From the NCBI RefSeq assembly GCF_012927595.1, contig NZ_JABBOW010000178.1: a stretch of 40,185 bases of DNA. The stretch is one strand, 5' to 3'. Below, in pieces: positions 1-10,813 of the stretch (positions are counted from its first letter, which is position 1; each line of letters starts with the position of its first letter). Source of the DNA: Cellulomonas sp. (GTDB taxonomy: Bacteria; Actinomycetota; Actinomycetes; Actinomycetales; Cellulomonadaceae). Below the pieces are notes generated by a model. That model was not told the DNA's origin, did not search any database, and saw only the letters and a program-made list of their open reading frames with translations. The position numbers and the translations under genes were made by a program.

Positions 1-1536
1 CTCGACTCGCACGTCGCGACCTGCGAACGCACCGCGGGCTGCTGCGGGGACGGCATCGCCCACGACGTGGAGCAGCGTGAGGCTTGCCCCCGCGGGGGCG
101 AGCTCGCGGGCGGCCGCGACACATGATGGCCACGTCGACTCGTTGATCCAGACGAGCACATTCATCTGCGTCACCCTGCAATCCCTCCGATCGTTGCGAG
201 CGAGAGCCAAAGGCCCCGACTCCACCGAGCAGCGTGGCAGGAACGCTCCACACCCCCAGTCTGCTGAACTCGCCGATGCTCGGCTCGGCATCGTGCTCGC
301 GGAGCACGCGACGCCACAGGAGCGTCGCGAGCGAGCCGACGTACGTGAGGTTGGGCCCTAGGTTCACACCGAGCAGCGCGGCGAGAACGGCCGATGGTCC
401 GCCCGTCGCCGCCGCGAGCGGCACGAGGAGCAGGACCGCCGGGAGGTTGTTGAGGAGGTTCGCGAGGACTGCGGCCACCCCGGCGATCGCCAGCAGCGCG
501 AGGAACGAGGAGCCCGCCGGAAGGAAGCCGGCCACGAGATCGCCCAAACCGGATGTGACGACCCCGACGACGACGATCCCGAGCGCGAGCACGAAGATGC
601 CGAACGGCAGGTTCGCCGCCCGCAGCAGCGCAGCCGGACCGGTGCGCCCGCGCGCGAGGGCACGCACCGCGAGCACGACCGCACCGCCTGCTGCCGCCCA
701 GGCCGGCGGCACGCCGAGCACCGCGGCGAGCACGAAGCCGACGAGGGTCGCGACCACGACGACGACGGTCACCGTGGACACGGTCGGGTCGTCCGACCGT
801 GCCGGGCGCGGACCGGACCCCACGGCGAGGTCGGCACCGAAGAACCGGCGCAGCACGACGTACTCGATCACCACGACCACGACCCAGGGCAGCGCCATGA
901 TCGCCGCAAAGCGCGCGAACGACAGTCCGCTCGCGGTGAAGGCCAGAAGGTTCGTGAGATTGGAGACAGGCAGCAGGAGCGATGCCGAGTTCGCCAGGTG
1001 CGTGCACGCGTAGACGTACGGCTTGGGGCGCACCCCCGCACGCGCGGCTGTCGCGAACACCACGGGGGTGAGCAGCACCACCGTCGCATCCAGGCTGAGC
1101 ACCGCGGTCACCAGCGATGCGGCCGCGAACACCGCGACCAGCAACCGCTGAGGTCGGCCGCGCGCGACGCGCGCCATGAGCGTCCCGCAGCGACGAACAG
1201 CCCCTCGGCGGCGCACAGGTGGGACAGGACCAGCACAGCCGCGAGGAACGCGACCACCGGGAACAGCGTCCTCACCTCGGCCCAGGCGGCCGCTGGCGTC
1301 ACCGCACCCACCAGAACGACCACGATCGCCGCGGGAACGGCCGCGACCGCCTCCGGCCACCCGCGTGGTCGAGCGACGGCGAAGCCGAGGACGCCCACGA
1401 GCAGAGCCAAGGCGACGAACGGCGCGATGGCGGTCACTCCGCGCCCACCGTGCCGTCCGCTCGTTGCCCGCCTGATGTGGTGACTCGTGCGAACCGCGGG
1501 ATCAGGGGATGCGACCCGCGGTGCGGATGACATCAT
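1..1536 (-). pseudogene. ArsB/NhaD-superfamily anion permease (ArsB/SLC13-like) with an apparent -1 frameshift near 1160-1175; the 3' end runs to or through the window start
   Basis: ORF 1108..1536(-) gives a TM-rich N-terminus ([19 protein letters not shown]...[11 protein letters not shown]). The protein continues in another minus frame as [33 protein letters not shown]...VAAVLANLLNNLPAVLLLVP...GVNLGPNLTYVGSLATLLWRRVL, which are classic ArsB/NhaD motifs. The frame switch lies in a GC repeat (gcgcgtcgcgcgcggcc). No in-frame stop occurs before position 1. Confidence 0.65.
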
Positions 1537-1660
1537 CGTCCGAGACGCGCGTCTTCGCTGTCGCGCCGCTGATGATGAGTCGCTCGCAGATCTCTTCGTC
1601 GGACGGGCCGGCGCCGACGAGGGCCGCGACCTCGCGCGCCCGCGGGGTCGGCTCGGTCAG
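1505..1660 (-). pseudogene. Orphan LuxR-type HTH remnant (C-terminal ~50 aa only; no receiver or N-domain)
   Basis: Tail of ORF 1502..2107(-): [40 protein letters not shown] matches the LuxR/FixJ HTH (LTPREREVL...SNREIAERLFISEKTVKTHVS). The C-terminal end is degenerate ([12 protein letters not shown]). It begins immediately after the nagB stop, and the upstream part of the frame lies inside nagB in another frame. Confidence 0.4.
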
Positions 1661-2439
1661 AGCCCCTGCCAGGCCGGCTTCGCCGCGTAGGTGCTGCGGA
1701 AGTAGTCGGCGAGCTGCAACCTGCCCGCCGCAGCGGGGTCGATGAGCACGCTGACGTGCGGGTGGTGCTGCAGGATCGTCCCGGGCCACATGGCACTGAC
1801 AGGGCCCTCGACGAGGTGGTGGATCGCCTCGGCCTTGGCGCGACCGCTCGCGATCAGCACGATGTGCCGCGCGCTCATGATCGTGGCGAGACCCTGCGTC
1901 AGGCAGTGCCGTGGCACCGCCTCGACGTCGCCGTCGAAGAACCGCGCGTTGTCCGTGCGCGTCTGGCCGGTCAGCGTCTTGATCCGCGTCCGCGACGCGA
2001 GCGACGAGCCCGGCTCGTTGAACCCCACGTGGCCGTCGGTGCCGATCCCGAGGATCTGCAGGTCGACGCCACCGGCCTCGGCGATCGCCGCCTCGTACCG
2101 CACGCACGCCGCGGCGATGTCGTCGGCCAGCCCGTCCGGGCCCTGGACCGCGCCGGGGGCGAAGTCGACCCGCGAGGCGATCTCCTGCTCGATCACGTTC
2201 CGGTACCTCTCCGGGTGGTCGGCTGGCAGCCCCACGTACTCGTCGAGCAGGAACCCCCGCGCGTGCGCGAACGACACCCGACCGTCCCGGTGGCGCCGCA
2301 CGAGCTCGTCGTAGATGCCGAGCGGGCTCGACCCGGTCGCGAGACCGAGCACGCCGGCCGGCTTGGCGGCAAGCAGCGACTCGATCGCCCCCGCCGCTAG
2401 CGCAACCAGCTCCTCGGGTGCTGCGATCACAACCTCCAT
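1657..2439 (-). CDS. nagB: Glucosamine-6-phosphate deaminase
   Basis: 260 aa with GLATGSSPLGIYDELV...ILGIGTDGHVGFNEP motifs, giving full-length NagB similarity. Confidence 0.95.
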   Translation of the reverse strand: MEVVIAAPEELVALAAGAIESLLAAKPAGVLGLATGSSPLGIYDELVRRHRDGRVSFAHARGFLLDEYVGLPADHPERYRNVIEQEIASRVDFAPGAVQGPDGLADDIAAACVRYEAAIAEAGGVDLQILGIGTDGHVGFNEPGSSLASRTRIKTLTGQTRTDNARFFDGDVEAVPRHCLTQGLATIMSARHIVLIASGRAKAEAIHHLVEGPVSAMWPGTILQHHPHVSVLIDPAAAGRLQLADYFRSTYAAKPAWQGL

Positions 2440-2512
2440 GTCACTGCCCTCTCTGTTCGGACCGCTGCTCGTCGTTCGAGCCGGCCATACATCTCGATGG
2501 CGTCGGTGCCAC

Positions 2513-3733
2513 TCACGGCACCACGACCGTGCCTGCGCGCCGGACGCTCAGCACCCGGAGGTCGTCGTCGGTCAGCACGACGTCTGCCCGACGACCGGCT
2601 TCGAGCGCCCCGATGCGGTCGTCGCCGAGCACCGCGGCGGGGGTGGTCGCTGCGGCGCGCACGGCGTCCTCGAGCGGGACGCCGCCGGCGACGGTGGTCC
2701 GCACGATGTCGAGCAGGTGCGCAGTTCCACCCGCGATCGCCCCGCCGTGCGTCAACCGGGCCACGCCGTCCGCGACCGTGACGTCCTGCGAGCCGAGCCG
2801 GTACGCGCCGTCGGGCATACCGGCTGCGGCCATCGCGTCGGTCACCAGGGCGATGTTGTCCGCGCCGACGAGGCTGAAGATGCTCTGCACCAGCTCCGGG
2901 GCCACGTGCGTGCCGTCAGCGATCATCTCGATGACCGCCTCACCCCGAGCGGCTGCCGCGAGGAAGACGGGGATCGGGCCCGGGTCGCGGTGCGTGAGCG
3001 GGCGCATGCCGTTGAACAGGTGGGTCACGGTCACCCGGCCCGAGCGCCGGCCGGGCGTGGCGGCCAGTCGGGTGCGTGCGTCGGCCAGGGCGTCGGCCGT
3101 CCGCTGCCAGCTCGCGTCGGTGTGCCCGAAGCTCGGCAGCGCACCTGCGCCGATCAGCGCGTCGACGACCCCACCCTCACCGTCGACACCGGGCAGCTCC
3201 GGGGCGATCGTCATCGTCACCAGGTATCCGCGCGCCAGGACAGCGAGCTCGCGGGTGAGGTCTGCGTCGGGCGCCTGGATCAGCGCCGGGTCCTGCGCCC
3301 CGCAGCGCACGGTCGACACGAACGGGCCTTCGAGGTGGATGCCGGCGATCTCGCCAGCTTCCGCGAGCGCGGTGAGCACTGAGACCCGTTGGCGCAACGT
3401 GTCCGGCGCGGCGGTCACCAACGACGCGACGAGCGTCGTCGTCCCGTGGGCCCGGTGCTCGCGCACCGCGATGAGCGCCTCCTGCGGCGTGGTCGCGTCC
3501 GGGTAGCTCGCACCACCTCCACCATGCGTGTGGATGTCCACGAGGCCCGGGAGCACCGTGACCGGGTGCTCGACCGGGTCAGGGGCTCCGGGCCAGCCCG
3601 CTGCCGCGGCGTCCACGGCCGCGCCGACCCACTCGATCGTCTCGGCGCGAACGACGACGACGCCGTCGGCGATCACCTTGGTGGGGGTGACGACTCGGCC
3701 GCGGACGTACTCCGATGCGGTGTACTCGGTCAT
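2513..3733 (-). CDS. nagA: N-acetylglucosamine-6-phosphate deacetylase
   Basis: 406 aa amidohydrolase with HTHGGGG, HLEGPF, ...HLFNGM... motifs typical of NagA. Confidence 0.95.
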   Translation of the reverse strand: MTEYTASEYVRGRVVTPTKVIADGVVVVRAETIEWVGAAVDAAAAGWPGAPDPVEHPVTVLPGLVDIHTHGGGGASYPDATTPQEALIAVREHRAHGTTTLVASLVTAAPDTLRQRVSVLTALAEAGEIAGIHLEGPFVSTVRCGAQDPALIQAPDADLTRELAVLARGYLVTMTIAPELPGVDGEGGVVDALIGAGALPSFGHTDASWQRTADALADARTRLAATPGRRSGRVTVTHLFNGMRPLTHRDPGPIPVFLAAAARGEAVIEMIADGTHVAPELVQSIFSLVGADNIALVTDAMAAAGMPDGAYRLGSQDVTVADGVARLTHGGAIAGGTAHLLDIVRTTVAGGVPLEDAVRAAATTPAAVLGDDRIGALEAGRRADVVLTDDDLRVLSVRRAGTVVVP

Positions 3734-4455
3734 GCTTGCCTCTCTGCCCTGCGAATGGGTGAAGTGTGTCGACGTCCCTCGACCATGTCGGCGACAGTCG
3801 TCAGGTCAGCCACAGTCTGGCCTGCCCCCGCCGTGACCAGGACGTCCGCGGGGTGGCTCGTCGTCACGCCGACCACGTGACCCACTCCCGCTGTCCGCGC
3901 CGAGACGATGCCCGCCGGTGTGTCCTCGAGCGCCACGAGCCCGCTCGGAGGCAGGCCGAGCAGCTCGACTCCCCGCCGGAACGGCTCGGGGTCGGGTTTG
4001 CCGTGCGCGCAGTCCTCGGCGGTGACCAGGCCTGCGTCGCCGTCGACCACGCCCAGCGACCGGAGCACCGCCGCCGTCCACTCGCGGCCGGCCGAGGTCA
4101 CGACGCAGACCGGCAGACCGGTCGTCACGCATGCGGCCAGCAGGCGCGCAGCGCCGGCGACGGGGTCCGGTCGGACGTCCATCTCTCGCAGCACCTCGAT
4201 GATGCTCCGGGTGAGGGCTACAGGGTCCTCATCGCCCCACGGGCCGACCACGCTCGCGAAGACCTCGTGGGCCCGGCGCCCGGAGAAGCCGCGGATGACG
4301 TCGTCGTCGACCTCCCACCCGCGCGACGCGAAGTACTGCCGGAACGCGCCCTGGTGCGCCGCCTCGCTGCGCACCAGGGTTCCGTCGAGATCGATGAGCA
4401 GACCGGCACCCGGTCGATCGAGCCGTCCGCCGATCGCCTCGGTGATCAGCTCCAC
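3730..4455 (-). CDS. HAD-IA family hydrolase/phosphatase (beta-phosphoglucomutase-like) embedded in the nag operon
   Basis: The DLDGTLV motif I, a TS/T motif II and a K...ED motif III are present. The stop overlaps the nagA start (ATGA), and the start overlaps the EIIA stop by 10 nt. Confidence 0.85.
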   Translation of the reverse strand: MELITEAIGGRLDRPGAGLLIDLDGTLVRSEAAHQGAFRQYFASRGWEVDDDVIRGFSGRRAHEVFASVVGPWGDEDPVALTRSIIEVLREMDVRPDPVAGAARLLAACVTTGLPVCVVTSAGREWTAAVLRSLGVVDGDAGLVTAEDCAHGKPDPEPFRRGVELLGLPPSGLVALEDTPAGIVSARTAGVGHVVGVTTSHPADVLVTAGAGQTVADLTTVADMVEGRRHTSPIRRAERQA

Positions 4456-4910
4456 TCGAACAACGGCTCACCGGAGCGGACCGCTGCGCCGACGTCGGTC
4501 AGCGGGGGGAGGCAGCCGGGCTTGCCATCGAGCGCGACCACCGGGCAGATCGGTGACCGACCGCCCGCCTCGACCGCGCCCGGGTCCCAGCTCACGATGA
4601 CGTCGCCGGCCTTGACCACGTCGCCCTCGTGAGCGTGCAGGGTGAAGCCGGCACCACCGAGCTGGACGGTGTCGAGCCCGAGGTGCACCAGGGCGGAGTG
4701 CTCGGCATCCGAGGTGATGACGAACGCGTGGGGATGCAGCTTGACGATCGTGCCGTCGACCGGGGCGATCGCCTCGACGACGCCGTCCCGGGTCGGGTCG
4801 ATCGCCATGCCGGGCCCGACGAGCTCCGCACCGAAGACCGGATCGGGCACGTCGGCCATGGCGCGCACGACACCGTCGACCGGTGCGAGCACGGTGAGTG
4901 GTCCGGCCAT
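4446..4910 (-). CDS. crr: PTS glucose-family EIIA component (Crr-like)
   Basis: 154 aa containing GVVEAIAPVDGTIVKLHPHAFVI...HLGLDTV, the EIIA-Glc fold with active-site His motifs. Confidence 0.9.
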   Translation of the reverse strand: MAGPLTVLAPVDGVVRAMADVPDPVFGAELVGPGMAIDPTRDGVVEAIAPVDGTIVKLHPHAFVITSDAEHSALVHLGLDTVQLGGAGFTLHAHEGDVVKAGDVIVSWDPGAVEAGGRSPICPVVALDGKPGCLPPLTDVGAAVRSGEPLFEWS

Positions 4911-5140
4911 CAGCGCAGGTCCTCGATGTCCGACGCGAGGGTGTCGGCTTCAGGGCCGACGACGACCTGCACAGTCTTTCCGGACCGCATGACCCCGTAC
5001 GCCCCGGTTGCCTTGAGCGCGCGCTCGTCGACCAGTGACGGGTCGACGACCTCCACGCGCAACCGCGTGATGCACGGTTCCAGGTCGACGATGTTCGCAT
5101 CCCCACCGAGGGCCGCGAGTATCTGCTCCGCCTTGCTCAT
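4910..5140 (-). CDS. PTS EIIB domain protein (glucose/GlcNAc family), copy 2
   Basis: 76 aa with LGGDANIVDLEPCITRLRVEV, i.e. the conserved phospho-Cys motif. Confidence 0.85.
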   Translation of the reverse strand: MSKAEQILAALGGDANIVDLEPCITRLRVEVVDPSLVDERALKATGAYGVMRSGKTVQVVVGPEADTLASDIEDLR

Positions 5141-5192
5141 GTGCTTCTCCTTGCTGACCGACGGCAGCCCGATTGCCGCGCGTCCCGATTGT

Positions 5193-5447
5193 TCACAACA
5201 GGTCCTCGAGCTCCGCCGCGAGGGTGTCGACGTTCGGCCCCATCACGACCTGGACCACGTGGCCCGAGATCATCACGCCGTGGGCGCCCGCTGCTCGCAG
5301 CGCCTTGACGTCGACGACCGTCGTGTCGTGGACCTCGGACCGGAGCCGGGTGGTGCACGGCTCGATCTCGATGATGTTGGCCACCCCGCCGAGCGCCGCC
5401 AGGATGTCTGCTGCCTGTCCCGTCACGTCACTGCGCCTCTCGCTCAT
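5193..5447 (-). CDS. PTS EIIB domain protein (glucose/GlcNAc family), copy 1
   Basis: 84 aa from MSERRS...; LGGVANIIEIEPCTTRLRSEV. The start ATG at 5445-5447 overlaps the upstream GntR stop (ATGA). The ORF-track N-extension to 5795 is a junk read-through. Confidence 0.85.
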   Translation of the reverse strand: MSERRSDVTGQAADILAALGGVANIIEIEPCTTRLRSEVHDTTVVDVKALRAAGAHGVMISGHVVQVVMGPNVDTLAAELEDLL

Positions 5448-6226
5448 CCCATGACCTCCGTCGTCGCGGGTCCTGCCATCAGCTCGAACAAGGCCCGGCC
5501 CGCACGGGGAGTCAGTGCGCGTTGGGGCGCCCGCAACGGGACCCAGAGCACGTAGCGATCGGCGCGGTACGTCGACCGTGAGTACACGCACGCGGTCTCG
5601 CCGGCGAAGGTCCGCCGCGCGAGTCGCAGCACGGCCCTGCCGGCAGCGACTCCCAGCAGCTCGGCATCCGTCGCGTCCACCTCGGCCGCGGCCACCGTGT
5701 CCTCGCCCCAGTCGAGCTCGAAGCCGCGCCGGCGCAGCTCGCCGTAGATGCTGTCCGGCAGCGTGCCGTCGAACAGGCCGGGTACCAGCTCGCACGAGAG
5801 CCAGGACTGCTCGATCGCCATCGGCTCGCCGTCGGCGAACCGCACCCGGTGCAGGTGGAAGACCCGCTCCCCGGGCAAGATGTCGAGCGCGTCGGCGATG
5901 TCCGGCGTCGCCCCGATGACCTCGGCCGTCAGGACCTTCGACGACGCCGCCATGCCGCGCCGCTGCATCTCCTCGCCGAACGATGCGAGGCGGACCTCGA
6001 GGTCCACCTTGGTCGGCGCGACGAACGTGCCACGGCCTTGCTCACGGGCGAGCAGCCCCTCGACGACGAGGGCGTCGACGGCCTGTCGCACGGTCATCCT
6101 CGAGACACCGAACTGCTCGCAGAGCAGCCGTTCGGAGGGGATGGTGTCTCCCGCCGAGAGCTCGTGGGTGACGAGCGAGCGCAGGTAGTCCCGGACTCGC
6201 ACGTACTTCAGAACTGAGCGACCCAC
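5444..6226 (-). CDS. dasR: GntR/HutC-family regulator with UTRA effector domain (DasR/NagR-type), first gene of the nag-PTS operon
   Basis: 260 aa with an N-terminal GntR wHTH (ERLLCEQFGVSRMTVRQAVDALVVEGLL) and a C-terminal UTRA domain. dre operators lie nearby (9909-9924 and 6322-6375). Confidence 0.85.
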   Translation of the reverse strand: MGRSVLKYVRVRDYLRSLVTHELSAGDTIPSERLLCEQFGVSRMTVRQAVDALVVEGLLAREQGRGTFVAPTKVDLEVRLASFGEEMQRRGMAASSKVLTAEVIGATPDIADALDILPGERVFHLHRVRFADGEPMAIEQSWLSCELVPGLFDGTLPDSIYGELRRRGFELDWGEDTVAAAEVDATDAELLGVAAGRAVLRLARRTFAGETACVYSRSTYRADRYVLWVPLRAPQRALTPRAGRALFELMAGPATTEVMG

Positions 6227-6321
6227 CGTGGCCCCTTCTCATGCGACGCGTATCGACGTGTGCCGACGGGCGAAGCATGCCGCCCTTGACACCGGATGCA
6301 CCATTCCATCATGGTTGTGCC

Positions 6322-6375
6322 AACTGGTCCAGACATCTAGTGCACCAGTGAGACCAGATCCCAGGTCTGGACCAC
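6322..6375. promoter_or_regulatory. Pair of dre-like (DasR-responsive element) half-palindromic sites in inverted orientation within the dasR/EIIC divergent intergenic region
   Basis: ACTGGTCCAGACATCT (6322-6337; 13/16 matches to ACTGGTCTAGACCACT) and AGGTCTGGACCACG (6362-6375; 11/14 matches). Confidence 0.5.
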
Positions 6376-6430
6376 GGAGTGCCGGTACCCACCGGCTCAC
6401 GACGCGCACACAATGAGGAGTGCACCTGCA

Positions 6431-7774
<1,344 letters not shown>

Positions 7775-7779
7775 GGACC

Positions 7780-7816
7780 GGCCCGGCCGGGGTGACAGCC
7801 CCGGCCGGGCCTTTCC
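7780..7816 (+). terminator. Rho-independent terminator after EIIC
   Basis: A perfect 13-bp GC stem (GGCCCGGCCGGGG/CCCCGGCCGGGCC), loop tgacag, then TTTCC. Confidence 0.6.
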
Positions 7817-7879
7817 ACGCCAGGTGACCGCTGCACCCGACGAACCCCTGCACCTGACGACCCGAACCGCGAGGATGCG

Positions 7880-9574
7880 ATGACTACCGACGCCGAACCC
7901 CAGCAGCAGCTCGCCGGAATCGGCGTCAGCCCCGGCCGGGCCTCCGGTCCTGTCGTCGCGATGCCGGCTCCTGTCGCAGAGCCCCCGGCCGGTTCGACCC
8001 TTGAGGCCGGCGACGACGCCGAGCAGGCGGCTGAGCGGATCACCGCGGCGTCGAGCCGGGTGAAGTCGGACCTCGAGCAGGCCGCATCGCGGGCGACCGG
8101 CGCGGGCAAAGAGGTGCTCGAGACCACCGCGATGATGGCCGCGGACCCGACCCTCGTCTCGGCGGCCCAGCTCCTCGTCCGCGAGTCACGCCTCACGCCG
8201 GCCCGCGCGGTCTGGCAGGCGGCCGCCGACGTGATCAACCAGCTAGCCGCTCTCGGGGGCTACATGGCCGAGCGCACGCACGACGTCGCCGACGTGCGCG
8301 ACCGTGTCGTCGCCGCCCTCACCGGCCAGCTGCCGCCGGGGGTCCCCGACGTGGCTCACCCGTTCGTCCTGGTGGCCAGTGACCTCTCCCCCGCCGACAC
8401 CGCGACGCTGGACCCGGCCCGGGTCATCGCGCTCGTCACGCGCGAGGGTGGACCGACGTCGCACACCGCGATCCTCGCGCGCGCCCTCGGCATCCCCGCA
8501 GTCGTCGGGGTCGCGGGGGCGACGGAGCTCCCGGAGGGCAGTGTCGTGCTCGTGGACGGGACCGCAGGGACGGTGACCCTCGACCCGACCGAGGAGCAGA
8601 TCGCTCAGGCGATCGCCTTGGCAGCACGCGTCCGGACGTTCGACGGGGCCGGCCGCACGCGCGACGGGCATCGTGTCCCGCTGCTCGCGAACGTGGGCCG
8701 CCCGGCCGGAGCGCAGGAGGCCGCCGATGCCGGCGCCGAGGGAGTCGGTCTCTTCCGCACCGAGTTCTGCTTCCTCGACCGCGCCGATGCTCCGTCCATC
8801 CCCGAACAGGTTGAGCAGTACCGGCAGGTGCTCAGCGCGTTCGCCGGCAAGAAGGTGGTCGTGCGCACGCTCGACGCCGGGGCCGACAAGCCGCTGCCCT
8901 TCCTCACGAGCGCCGACGAGCCGAACCCTGCTCTGGGCGTCCGCGGGTACCGCACGTCCTGGCGCAACCCCCAGGTGCTCGAGGACCAGCTGACGGCGAT
9001 CGCGCAGGCGGCCGAGGCGGAGTCCGCCGACGTCTGGGTGATGGCACCGATGATCGCCACCGTCCCCGAGGCAGCCGCGTTCGTCGAGGCCTGCCACGTG
9101 CACGGCCTGGCCACCGCGGGCGTCATGGTGGAGGTCCCGAGCGCGGCCCTGCAGTCCGGACCGATCCTCGCGCGCGCGGCCTTCGCCAGCATCGGCACCA
9201 ACGACCTGACCCAGTACACGATGGCGGCCGACCGCATGCTCGGTGAGCTCGCGCCGCTGTCGACGGCGTGGCAGCCTGCCGTCCTGGCGCTCATCGCGGC
9301 GACCTGTGCCGGCGGGGAGCGCAACGACCGACCGGTCGGGGTGTGCGGGGAGGCTGCTGCCGACCCGGCACTCGCCGTCGTGCTCGTCGGGCTCGGCGTC
9401 GCGACCCTCTCGATGACCGCGCGGGCGCTGCCGGACGTCGCCGCCGTGCTTCGCTCGGTCACTCTCGCAGACTGCCGGGATCTCGCCGCGCTCGCGGTCG
9501 AGGCCGAGTCCGCCGACGAGGCACGCCAGGCGGTCCGGTCGCGGCTTGCGATCCTCGATGAGCTCGGGCTCTGA
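7880..9574 (+). CDS. ptsI: PTS enzyme I (phosphoenolpyruvate-protein phosphotransferase)
   Basis: 564 aa with PEP-utilising enzyme motifs (GGPTSHTAILARALGIPAVVG; GTNDLTQY; CGE). Confidence 0.95.
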   Translation: MTTDAEPQQQLAGIGVSPGRASGPVVAMPAPVAEPPAGSTLEAGDDAEQAAERITAASSRVKSDLEQAASRATGAGKEVLETTAMMAADPTLVSAAQLLVRESRLTPARAVWQAAADVINQLAALGGYMAERTHDVADVRDRVVAALTGQLPPGVPDVAHPFVLVASDLSPADTATLDPARVIALVTREGGPTSHTAILARALGIPAVVGVAGATELPEGSVVLVDGTAGTVTLDPTEEQIAQAIALAARVRTFDGAGRTRDGHRVPLLANVGRPAGAQEAADAGAEGVGLFRTEFCFLDRADAPSIPEQVEQYRQVLSAFAGKKVVVRTLDAGADKPLPFLTSADEPNPALGVRGYRTSWRNPQVLEDQLTAIAQAAEAESADVWVMAPMIATVPEAAAFVEACHVHGLATAGVMVEVPSAALQSGPILARAAFASIGTNDLTQYTMAADRMLGELAPLSTAWQPAVLALIAATCAGGERNDRPVGVCGEAAADPALAVVLVGLGVATLSMTARALPDVAAVLRSVTLADCRDLAALAVEAESADEARQAVRSRLAILDELGL

Positions 9575-9625
9575 GGCAAGCCGAGCGTGCAGGCCACCGG
9601 ACCCGACAGATCGGGCCGCGGCTGC

Positions 9626-9886
9626 TCAGCCAGCCGTCGTGAGGTACGCCGAGAGGGCGTCGAGCGACGGGCCCCCGGACGCGTCGTCGGTCTCGAGGAC
9701 GACCTCGTCCCCGCGGCGCGCGCCGAGCGTCATGACGCTGAGGATGCTCCGGGTCGGCACCGGCGAGCCGTCCGGCTTGCGGATCGTGACTGCGACGGGT
9801 TGCGCGGCCGCGAGCTTCACAAACAGCGCTGCCGGCCGCGCGTGCAGCCCTTCCTCGATCGCGACGACGACACGGCGTTCGGGCAC
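9626..9886 (-). CDS. ptsH: Phosphocarrier protein HPr
   Basis: 86 aa with GLHARPA (His15 motif), a GTG start and SD aggagga 5 nt upstream. Confidence 0.9.
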   Translation of the reverse strand: MPERRVVVAIEEGLHARPAALFVKLAAAQPVAVTIRKPDGSPVPTRSILSVMTLGARRGDEVVLETDDASGGPSLDALSAYLTTAG

Positions 9887-9908
9887 GAGTTCCTCCTGAG
9901 CGGGGACG

Positions 9909-9924
9909 ACTGGTCTAGACCACT
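9909..9924. promoter_or_regulatory. Perfect dre (DasR-responsive element), 23-38 bp upstream of the ptsH start
   Basis: ACTGGTCTAGACCACT matches the 16-bp Streptomyces DasR consensus exactly. Confidence 0.8.
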
Positions 9925-10813
9925 ATAGCCCGCGGGCGACGACACGTTCACACACCTCGTGCGTCACGAGCGCATCCGACGCATCGAGGATTCTGCCGTC
10001 CCGCACCGCGCCGAGGAACTCCTCGCACATCGCGACGAACCCGCGGTGCTCCGGCGCCGAGATCCACCCGTCTCGCCGGGTGAGCCGCTCACCGTCCACG
10101 AGGTCGACGACGTCGGAGAGGTCCACCACCTGACGGCGCCGACCGTCGCCGATGACGTCCAGCACCTCGTGCGAGAGGCCAGCCGTCCAGCTCATCACGC
10201 CGATGGCGAGGCGACGTTCGCCGGTGAACTGGACGGAGAGCCTTCGGCAGCTCCCGCCGTCGTCGACGTGCGCGGTCGTCACGAGGTCGTCGAGCGTGGA
10301 CGGGACCAGGAACCGCAGCGTGTCCACGACATGGATGAAGTCGTCGAACACCATCTGCCGCGCTGGCCCGGGCGCGTGCGAGCGATGCTTCTGGAGCAAC
10401 ACGACGTCACGGTCCGGCCAGCCCGCGAGCGCACGGTAGGCCGGCGCATACCGACGATTGAACCCGACCATCAACGAGACGCCGGTCGCGGTCGCGAGGC
10501 CCACGAGCTCCTGGGCGCTCCTGAAGTCTAGGGCGAGCGGCTTGTCGACCAGCACCGGCACTCCCGCACGCAGCAGAGCGGCGACGGTCGCAGGGTGCGA
10601 CTGCGACGTCGTGTGCACCAGCGCGGCGTCAAGGCCCGACTCGACGGCTGCCACGAGGGAGTCGAATCGGTCCGGGACGCGGTACGCGTCACCGATCGAG
10701 GCCAGGCTCGACGCGGTGCGCGAGACCAGGACGGGGGCGACGTCAGGCATCGACGTGATGACGGGCAAGTACGCCTTGCGGGCGATCGAACCGAGACCGA
10801 CGACTGCGACCCG
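9923..10813 (-). CDS. Gfo/Idh/MocA-family NAD(P)-dependent oxidoreductase
   Basis: MRVAVVGLGSIARKAYLP Rossmann N-terminus. The ORF-track start at 10927 is an upstream extension; ATG at about 10813 is preferred. Confidence 0.85.
   Translation of the reverse strand, partial: RVAVVGLGSIARKAYLPVITSMPDVAPVLVSRTASSLASIGDAYRVPDRFDSLVAAVESGLDAALVHTTSQSHPATVAALLRAGVPVLVDKPLALDFRSAQELVGLATATGVSLMVGFNRRYAPAYRALAGWPDRDVVLLQKHRSHAPGPARQMVFDDFIHVVDTLRFLVPSTLDDLVTTAHVDDGGSCRRLSVQFTGERRLAIGVMSWTAGLSHEVLDVIGDGRRRQVVDLSDVVDLVDGERLTRRDGWISAPEHRGFVAMCEEFLGAVRDGRILDASDALVTHEVCERVVARGL

Noticed and set aside
171-1013. Long Arg/Pro/Gly-rich ORFs 171..1007(-), 234..1013(+), 364..684(-)
   Set aside because: These are out-of-frame or antisense reads through the ArsB-like permease gene. 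The low-complexity R/P/G composition is typical of alternative frames at ~70% GC.
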